From Minutocellus sp. GHC0000111 (taxonomy: Eukaryota): a DNA stretch of 64,000 bases. Each line of letters begins with the position of its first letter. Position 1 is the stretch's first letter. The stretch spans positions 7,254,001 through 7,318,000 of the forward strand of contig OZ361256.1 of NCBI GenBank assembly GCA_977018835.1. The letters are read 5' to 3'. The position numbers and the translations under genes were made by a program. Below are positions 55,794-64,000 of the stretch, in pieces. Below the pieces are notes generated by a model. That model was given only the letters and a program-made list of their open reading frames with translations. It was not told where the DNA came from and did not search any database.

Positions 55794-57777
55794 CTAATCC
55801 CCCAACACAACTTCATTCTCGCTCTCCGCCACAGCAACAGTGCTCTCCTTGAGTTCTTCCAACAAGGAACCACCGCCCAGAACCAATGGCATCGCTCTTC
55901 TCATCGATGTCCTGAATTCAAATTCATCGTCCTCGTTTACATCGTGGGGAACATCCTCGACCCCTTCTGTGTCAGATCCACCTTTTCTTTCTTGGTGCGC
56001 ATCCCACTCATCTGCCAGCTCTATCATCTCTATCCGACTCTGCAACTCTGTAAATAGATTGTTCCTGTACGAGGACGAGGATGGCGCATTGAAATCCTGG
56101 CCATCCTTTCCACTCTTCTCATCGCGCAGACGGCGTCGATTTGCCCTTCCTGAAAATACAATCGTCTTATCCGTTGGATGAGCTGCAATCGCATTTGAGA
56201 TTTTTTGAGATGACATTTGTTCGGTACTAGTAGCGTATTCAAATGTTCCGTCATTTTTACTCCTTTGATATTCTGTACCTTGGGCTTTGTCGTCTTGATT
56301 CAAACAAAGGTCTTCTTCGTCTTCGTACGTGATTGTCCCCGTCGATGCAAGGTGCAAATCTAGCTCGTGCCAATAAGCAATGGCCTCTAGAAGCATGTCC
56401 CGTGATCTTAGCCACCATTCCTTTTCTGCATACTGACTCTCCCCATGACCCTGCTGCTTACTATCCAAGTCGTTTGGAAATGGCGCAGAACTTTCAAAGG
56501 CCCAAATGGAAACCAAGGCAGCATCAATTCTTCGATAGATATTGTCTAAATGTCTTTGCTGCACATGTTGTGCAGAACCATTCTCTTCAGTTTAGTTCGT
56601 ACAGCTGACTGGAAAGCAACTTTGTAGGTATAAATTCCTCTCACGTACTGTGCTAGTCGCTTCCTTCAGATTGTCTATATCCGATCCTTTTACTGCGCAC
56701 AATTCTAATAGTTGACTCTGTAGCTTCCCCAAAGCCTTGCGCCAAGTCGCCAGTGACGAAAGTGTAAGCGGTGACATCATTGTGCTGCAATGAAGACTTA
56801 TTCCCCCGTCTTCAACATCACAAGGCGAAGCAAGCAAAGAATTTAGTAGCCCCAAGTGGTCAGCCATAACACAGTGCAGTATTTCCCTTGCTCTACCGAG
56901 ACCAAGAGGGGCTGAAAATTTCTGCGGCGAACGCTTGGAGGTCTGCGAATTTGCATACATTTGGGCCTTTCTGTACTCCCGACCCACAATTGTGTTTTCC
57001 ACACGGCAAACAGACTTTGAGGCGGGTCCGATTCCTATGTGCAGTCCAGTTCCTATTCGCAAGACTTATAGACACTTGTCAATTGTTTGCATGAGTTCTG
57101 AGCTTGCCTCGGAGAAATTGGCATATTCGTTGATGGACTGGACAACACCAGCGTTGATATGTTTGTCACACACAGCTATCCGATCATTTGCTTCCAGAGG
57201 AAGTTCATGGATCGATCCAAGGGCCTGAAGAATGCGCTTGCGACCCCGTCGATATTCCTCTAAATGTTTCTCCTTCAATGCTGATGTTCCATCTTTTTCG
57301 TGTGACATTTGTTCATTTGTCGCCATCAAATCCAACCCATCATCTATATTTTCTTGCGCGACATTGTTCCATAATGACGAAGCCACAGATGACAAGGAAT
57401 ACTATTGTGATCCTGATATCAATAAAAGCTAGTATTCTGTCTCGGTTTCCGGGGGCGGTCAAAGCCCCTGCAGCGAAACTTGCCAACCCCGTCGCCAGGA
57501 AGAGCCTTGTGTCGCCCTTTTTATCAGCGCCGAAGTTAGCACCAACGTCGACTTTTGGTGCAGAAATTGCCCCTCCTGCAGGCGTTTGTTCCCCCGAATT
57601 CTCCCTGACATTCCCGCTCGCACGTTTAGATGCCTCCGAGAGCTCGTCTTCGTCTTCTTCGTATTGGCGATGATGCCGTGAATGCCGACCACTATGAGTA
57701 TTGCTTTCACCCTCATCGTCGTCGTCGAATGAATGCTCGACATTTTGGCTGAGTCCAGCGCTGAGGATTATAGTCAT
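55794..57777 (-). pseudogene. Membrane-anchored helical protein (possibly vezatin-like) with two in-frame TAA codons and a frameshift
   Basis: ORFs 57066-57395, 56592-57062 and 55794-56564 share one frame, separated only by single TAA codons. The N-terminal TM ORF 57340-57777 is in a different frame. Confidence 0.55.
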
Positions 57778-58191
57778 ATCCTGGCTCTGGAAGTGTGCCG
57801 CTGAATTCGGCTGATTTGTATCGGGCTATGTACAGCGTTCTGATGTCAGAGGAGCTACCGTTTGGGCATCGAAAGGCGGCAGAGGCAGAGGTCGGGGAAT
57901 GCGAATGGCTATGGCGCGGCGGCGGTTGGCGTCGGTGCTGTCGGCATGACGTACGTAGATCGGACCCGTAGATCTACATGTTCCGGTACATGTACTCGTG
58001 TGAAAGCGCTCTCGCAGGTCTACTTCTTTGTGGCTAGCTAGATCTACCAATGGTAGGCCTAGCTACCGGTACGGCATGTTGATCTAGCTAGGCCCGGATC
58101 CCAGCACTACCGCCCCTTTGTAGATTTACATTGGTCACGGTATTACATTACATGTATTAATTTTACTGTACAAACAAGCACGGCATTCTCT

Positions 58192-58751
58192 CTAGGAACA
58201 ATGAAGAGGCGCGTGCATGTCACGACGAATCATCAAGACGTCGCCTCTTGAAGTGTGCCACTTCGGTTGGAGCGTCTGATTCTGACGAATTCTCTTAAGA
58301 TGATAATTTGGTGTCCTCATACTGGATAGGTTCAGGAGAAACACAACGCAATGTTCTTGTCTCGGCGGCGTCGGCAAAGTGTTCTTGTCGTTGGGGCTGA
58401 GGCTGAGGCTGAGGCCTGGCATCTTCTACATGTACATTGTCATTGTCACCACCTTGATGAATGCCATTGTCACCCCCATTTCCACCAATCGCACCACCAT
58501 TGGCTGAAGCTGCGGCCATGAGAGCGAAAAGAGCCTAGAGGACGCTACACATGAAGCATGCATGCAGCAGCACTTTGAGCCTGTTTGCGTAGTGAATAGA
58601 GGAGTTGATGACCATTGACTGTGAGGTCGACGCTATCGATGCAGGAGCATCCAAATAATTTGTCGTCGATCTGAACAGTGGCGCCAAGCCGAGAAAGAAA
58701 TTCTCTTCTCACGTCTTGCCGACTAACTGGTGGTGGTGGCAGGGTTGACAT
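58192..58751 (-). pseudogene. Possible degraded small gene (Cys/His-rich, RING-like fragments)
   Basis: Protein-like pieces in three frames (GCSCIDSVDL; KCCCMHASCVASS; ALMAAASANGG...). No coherent splice model. Confidence 0.25.
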
Positions 58752-59383
58752 GATGCCTCAGATGTTGCTTTGAAACGTAGTTACGTTGTGGATTTTTGAT
58801 AGGGAGCTTTTCTCTTGTGCGACTCCATGTAGATTCTCGCAATAAGATCTTTGGCTGGCGGCGCTTTGGCTGGGAAAGGCGACGTGTGGCGCGAGGAACG
58901 CATTTATTTTGGTGCGTACAAGAAACCCGAAACAAGTGCGTCACGCGCGTCTTTGGAGCAGATGGCCGTCTCTGCTTATTGGCACGTCATTTCGAAAGAA
59001 GAACGAGTAGTAGATCTACGTACGTACGTAGCTCTCTCTCGCGCGTGGTGGAAACTGTTGTGGCGCCGGCAGCCGGCCGGCATGGCAGTAGTCATCAGCC
59101 GCGAGATTCACTGCATTTGTACGATCGCATGAGGCTTTCCTGGTAATCCATTCACCTACCGGCATATGTAGGAATAGGAAGATGCAGCATCGGCATCGGC
59201 ATCATTGTCATCATGATCCAGAGGGGGCATCATGCATGCCCGTGGTGCACATCATTTTTTTAATTCTCTATCTTGTCTAGAGTAGAGATCTACGTTTGTG
59301 GTAAGACTCTATCGAGTAGCTTCGTACTTCATCTGCCGGTACTTATCTGTATGTATGTTGGCCTGCCCTCTCTCTTCCCTTCT

Positions 59384-60559
59384 TCAGAGAGCAAACTTGA
59401 TCGGTGCATCTCTTCGATGCTGTTGAATTGGCATCCTCTCTCGGATCGATCTGATCTTTTCGCTATCAATGTCACACACTATGATACTTGGAACTTTCAC
59501 TGGAGACTCGGCTTCATTTTTCCCGTTAGCCACTCCACTTGTCCCGATACCATCATATCCACCAGCATCAGCTAATACTTCACCCCAGGGGTCGATGGCG
59601 AGTGCATGGCCGTAACTCTTGCGTTTCTCGTTGTGTTTGCCCACTTGCGCTGCAGCCAGTACGTAGCACTGGTTTTCGATAGCCCTGCTTTTCAGAAGGG
59701 TATGCCAGTGGGCTCTACCAGTCGGTATTGTAAAGGCGGATGGGACCAGTAAAATCTCCGCTCCACCTCGCTGTACCATGTCAACATAATGTTCGGGGAA
59801 TCGCACATCATAACAAGTTGAAAGGCCTAATCGACCGATGGGCGAATCGCAAACAACAACCGCATCGCCTGGAGCCGTTGTGGCGGACTCTCTAAGATTC
59901 ACTTTGCCAGGAATGGCCACATCGAAAAGGTGGGACTTGCGATACACTGCCCTAACCGCCCCCTCATTGTCAATGATCACATGCGAATTGTAAACGCGAG
60001 GCTTGTCTTCACCATCAGGTGTTGCTTCCGATGCCGGTGCCGGCGGAGCACCAGACTCATGCATCCCACCAGCTGAAATCCAGCACCCACTTTCTCTAGC
60101 AATAGTTCTCAAACCCTCGAGGAGAGATACTGACTGGCCGTCGTCGCGCAATGCATTCAGTGTGCTTTTAGACAACGGCGAATTGCTGGTTTCTTGGTTG
60201 CAATCGACTTTGGCATAAGTCGACACGGTCGACGCCAGAGCATCGCACAGAGGTCCGCGCTCGCTGGCAACGCCACTCGCCCCTGCCTTGATCGGCGGCT
60301 CCGCATTATCGAGAGTGTGCTGCCCACCTTCTCCAAGAAATCCAAAGCACTCTGGGATGAAGAGCATGCTTGCCTGCTCGCGAGAAGCCATTCCGGCGCA
60401 TCGAGCGATCTCCAAGAGATTGTTGATTTTGTCAGACGTAGATCTGAGTTGGGCAACGGCTGCTCTCGCGCTCATTGACATAGTAGCCATTGCATGAATA
60501 GCCACTTGGCAGTATGTACTCGAAAGAAGGGCGAGCAAGAGGGCGGCCACGGAGGGCAT
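59384..60559 (-). CDS. NIT1: Nit1-type carbon-nitrogen hydrolase (deaminated glutathione amidase)
   Basis: Catalytic E-K-C: FIPECF, YRKSHLFDV, STCYDVRFPE; also AHWHTLLKSRAIENQCY and SYGHALAIDPWG. Confidence 0.92.
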   Translation of the reverse strand: MPSVAALLLALLSSTYCQVAIHAMATMSMSARAAVAQLRSTSDKINNLLEIARCAGMASREQASMLFIPECFGFLGEGGQHTLDNAEPPIKAGASGVASERGPLCDALASTVSTYAKVDCNQETSNSPLSKSTLNALRDDGQSVSLLEGLRTIARESGCWISAGGMHESGAPPAPASEATPDGEDKPRVYNSHVIIDNEGAVRAVYRKSHLFDVAIPGKVNLRESATTAPGDAVVVCDSPIGRLGLSTCYDVRFPEHYVDMVQRGGAEILLVPSAFTIPTGRAHWHTLLKSRAIENQCYVLAAAQVGKHNEKRKSYGHALAIDPWGEVLADAGGYDGIGTSGVANGKNEAESPVKVPSIIVCDIDSEKIRSIRERMPIQQHRRDAPIKFAL

Positions 60560-60778
60560 GGCAGATCTCTGTGTCGCCGGCCGGCTGGTACCGCGTATGG
60601 AGAGTATGGAGTTGATAGAAAATGCTTCCGGGTCTTTTCCATTGTCCACACAATTTTTGGCGAGTGAGAGCATGTGGTGGGGCTGGCGCAAACCGCCACT
60701 ACAGTACCCTACTTCCATCCAATCCAATCCCTGTGCTATCGTTTTCCGCTTCTCCCTATCGCGGTATAAAGAGAAGTC

Positions 60779-61846
60779 ATGCCGCATCCGCAGAATCAGC
60801 CCTATCTCGATCAGGCCAAGACGAAACGAGACGGCCTGGCCTTCCTTGGTCTGTCGCTGGCTCGTAAGTCGTCGGTGGGAAATCCCAACTCCTACACCCA
60901 TCAAGAAGCGTTCGATTTGAACGAGGTTCTGGATCGAGACTATGAGTTCATAATGAGTTCAAATGACGACGGCTGGTTGGTTGGTGGGGGCGAGCCCGGA
61001 CCGCCAACGACGTACAAGTTGGCTGCGAAGGATTCAGCCCACGTGGAAATTATGCGCATTGGAACGTACCGACCAGAGTGGGGAGGAATTTCTGAGAAAG
61101 ACATTGTGGAGTAAGTGGCATTGACTCGTCATTTCAAATGCATGCCTGAAATACGAACTTACTTGGTGCATTTCTCACGATACCCAAATTTTTTGCCATT
61201 GCTTCGCAGTGCAATCCAGTCTGGGAAGATTCTGATCCCACAGATCGAAGTAGTCCCGACGGGAGTGGTTGCCAACCCTGACAACCCGCCAGAGCTGGAG
61301 ATCCGATTCGATATGGAGCCGGCGATTCCAAACTTTGATGATTCCGAGGCGGAGCTTCCTGTGAACTGGCAGCTTCGGTTCATTCACAATCAGCTATTCA
61401 AGCATTTCATTTTCCCTTCTCGATTTTGTCCCGGTCCTTTCCACTCGACCATCTTGCGAAAGGCCGATTGGCGTTCTCCGGAGCACAAGGAGAAGTACTT
61501 TGCCAAGTGTGATGTTGCAATTCAAAAGTGGAAGGCGGAGGGACCCAAGCCTCTGAATACGGGGTGGGACATTGATGGATCTGAGCTCAATGACAAACCT
61601 GAGTACTGCTCGGGAATTTGGCTTTTCGTGGACAGAGAGAACATCACTCATCACTTTGCGCCCAACTTTCTCCCTCCGTACAACACTCCCGAGAAGAGGA
61701 AGATTATTCTTGATTTTCTGCGTGATGAATGGGATGAGAAGGAGCTGAAGTGGAAGCCGGCGGGACAAGTTGAAGAGAATAAGACAATTTTCGATTATGT
61801 ATGCGATGATGTATGCGGCTCAGCCTCTGCGAATAAAGATGCTTAG
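60779..61846 (+). pseudogene. Conserved-looking hypothetical protein interrupted by an in-frame TAA (61112-61114)
   Basis: ORFs 60779-61114 and 61115-61846 abut in frame (KDIVE*VALTR), and both halves are high-complexity and globular-looking. Confidence 0.65.
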
Positions 61847-62338
61847 CTTAGAGACTAGAAAGGCGAGGAAGTTACGTAGAATAACATAGAAATAGAAGTA
61901 CAAATACAGCCATACTGTGTCATAGACGAGGAAGGTAGGTGTGTGATTGTGTGTGACTATGTGCATTATGTTTTATGTTCAGTACTATGTATATGAGGAT
62001 ATGCTCTGAAATGATGGTAGGCATCGCTGCGTGTCTCTTTGAAGACGGACATCGTACAATTTACAGTTGAGCGGCGCGTCCTTATAATGGCAAATCCTTT
62101 GCGGTGGTGTGTTTGATCGAGTGCGCGTTGGTTGATTGGCAAAAGATATTTCTAAAATATCTTGCATCATGTGGCGTAGTGATTTGATTTGAATGTGTGG
62201 GCATGGTGTGTTGATGGAATTGTTCTCTCTGCTGCTGGTGTCCTCTTCGCTGAGTTGATATCTTTTTGGAAAGAATGAGCCACTCAGACATTCAGAGAAT
62301 CTTGTTGTCGATATGGTATGTGTCGGTAGCTTTTGTGG

Positions 62339-62797
62339 TTAGATATCAGCGAAGAAGCCCCAGGCGTCAAAGGTGACAGTGGTGTCACTGCTGTTCTCCG
62401 ACATGGTCGTGAGGGGCGTGGACGGCGTCGACGAGATGGACGAGCACAGGGAAAGATGGCTACCGCTACCGCCGGTGATGGATGAGGAGGCGTCGCCGTC
62501 ATGCGAGAACAACGATTCGGTGTCGGAGGCCGACGAGTCAGTTGAGTTGCCATCGAGGGTGACGAGGCTAGAGTATCGCTGCCTGGACTTAAACCTTCCC
62601 CACCCCTTCCTGAACTCGCTCTTGCGCGGTGTCAGGAAGATTTTTCCCTTGGACGAGCTGCTGCTGCTGGCGCAATCGTCGGAGATGACGAGAGTGGATA
62701 GCGACGGAAGTCTTGCAACGCTCGACAGAGGTCTACTTCTCTTGCGCCCGGCGCTTTGGGGCATCGACTTGAGATTGTTGATACTGAACTTGGCCAT
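62339..62797 (-). CDS. Ser-rich hypothetical protein ending in a WGFF.D motif
   Basis: 152-aa ATG ORF with biased codons and C-terminal DAWGFFADI. Confidence 0.55.
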   Translation of the reverse strand: MAKFSINNLKSMPQSAGRKRSRPLSSVARLPSLSTLVISDDCASSSSSSKGKIFLTPRKSEFRKGWGRFKSRQRYSSLVTLDGNSTDSSASDTESLFSHDGDASSSITGGSGSHLSLCSSISSTPSTPLTTMSENSSDTTVTFDAWGFFADI

Positions 62798-63275
62798 GAT
62801 GGATGTTCGTTTGATTGATTTGTGCTGATATGATTGAGGAATGAGGCCGAGGAATGTGGAGCGCCTTCAATCGTTCCATCTGCAAATGGCATCAACCTGC
62901 TGTCTGTTCTTTGACAGCCAGTCTGTTCTTTGACAGCCAGCGTCACTTCGAGGTTGTGCCACGCAAGTCTTAACCCTAACCCTCTTAGAATATGACGTCA
63001 ACTCATTCTTCAAAACATCTTTTGCATTCTTCGCGAAATCACTAAAGTCATTTTTAGTGCAGACTCCGGTGATTTGTACTTCTGCCTCGTTTGAGCTCAT
63101 AACCTACCTGCTCAAAATAGCTGAAAAGAAGCTCAGCTCATTCTTTACCAGCTCATTCTTTACGATGGCGGCGCCGCTGCTGCTCCTGCCTCACGTACGA
63201 GAACCTCGTAGTATGCCATGTTCGCTCGAATGTAGAAAATCCTGAGGCGGCGGCGTTTTAATCCGTGACGACATT

Positions 63276-64000
63276 ATGAAAGTGAACCTTTGCATTCGTC
63301 GGCCGTCAGTCTCGGCGTCGGCATCATCCTCGGCGTCAACATCGAATAATCATCGACCGCTCGGCAATCTGTTCGCTCGTCTCGATGACAATACGGCAAG
63401 GAGACTGTGCTCATTGGCCCAAGACAAACTTGAGGAGCTAAATTCATTTCGTGGCCCAAATCGTGGCCGGAGCAGCACCAGCAGTGGACTCTGGGCGGTG
63501 TCCGATGCTGCATTCAGTACACGTGTGGAATCCGGCGTGGAATTCTTGCCGCTCAGGATTGAAATTCGGTCTGATCAAACACAAGGGGATGACGGAGACG
63601 GGGATGAGGAAAATGTGAACGTGATCTATGCATCCTACAACGGTGGCTCTGTCGATCTCACATCGCCCGGTAAGTGAGGCCATTAAATCGATGATGAGTC
63701 GTTCCTTTTCCTTGTAGAGATTTGAATCATTGTATGGCCTGTGACGAATACAGATTTACATGTCACTACCGCTGAATCTCATGCCATGAGTATGCGATAT
63801 GTTGACGACCAATACTGTTGCCTTCCTACCGAGGCCTTGTTCGATTTTCTACATCTCTGTGATTGCTCGTAACTTTACGAAAAAACATACGTTGCTATTC
63901 TCACCTATTTTCGTTTTTTCTGCAACCTATCTGTCGCTCGTTGCAATTCCACATCAGAGCAACAAAGATCGGCCATGGAGCTTGATCAACATTTACTCCC
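63276..64000 (+). CDS. 5' part of a gene running off the window (exon 63276-63669, intron 63670-63957); N-terminus possibly PEX1-like
   Basis: GTAAGT donor and CAG acceptor give ...YASYNGGSVDLTSP|EQQRSAMELDQHLL. The PEX1 resemblance is weak and from memory. Confidence 0.45.

Noticed and set aside
1853..60559. Glutathione or sulfur gene cluster (GGT, MOCS3, Nit1)
   Set aside because: The genes are tens of kb apart among unrelated housekeeping genes; no evidence of clustering.
26384..61114. Variant genetic code (TAA read as an amino acid), suggested by four in-frame TAA codons
   Set aside because: TAA terminates GGT, MOCS3, ATP gamma, RPL4, RACK1 and NAP1. ORFs of 800-1,000 codons have no internal TAA. 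In-frame TAG and TGA, frameshifts and deletions co-occur, which fits mutation or error better.
62971..62983. TAACCCTAACCCT telomere-like sequence
   Set aside because: Only two units; expected by chance.
1..64000. CRISPR arrays, rRNA or tRNA genes, prokaryotic operons
   Set aside because: None seen. The sequence is intron-containing eukaryotic DNA with no spaced repeat arrays; a tRNA could be missed by eye.

Overview
Gene-dense eukaryotic nuclear DNA, very probably from a diatom: short GT-AG introns, bipartite plastid-targeting presequences, nuclear chlD and diatom-type protein families. About 35 genes, mostly in tight head-to-head pairs. They include GGT, an AA5 copper-radical oxidase, a giant alanine racemase, a C1-VPS9 protein, MOCS3, mitochondrial ATP synthase gamma, PheRS alpha, an Sfi1-like protein, PP2A-C, RPL4, RACK1, cathepsin Z, PPWD1, Nup85, NAP1, a ZnT9-like transporter, ChlD and Nit1, plus an internally deleted copia-type LTR element. 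The main signal is pervasive gene decay. About 9-10 otherwise ordinary genes carry in-frame stops, frameshifts or deletions; one of them is Nup85, which appears to have lost an exon end and its splice donor. Several other genes show substitutions at normally invariant residues. Highly expressed genes (RPL4, RACK1, PheRS, ATP gamma, NAP1) are intact. This suggests a degenerating haplotype or sub-genome, although assembly or DNA-damage artefacts cannot be excluded from sequence alone. All family assignments are by-eye motif recognition, not database searches.
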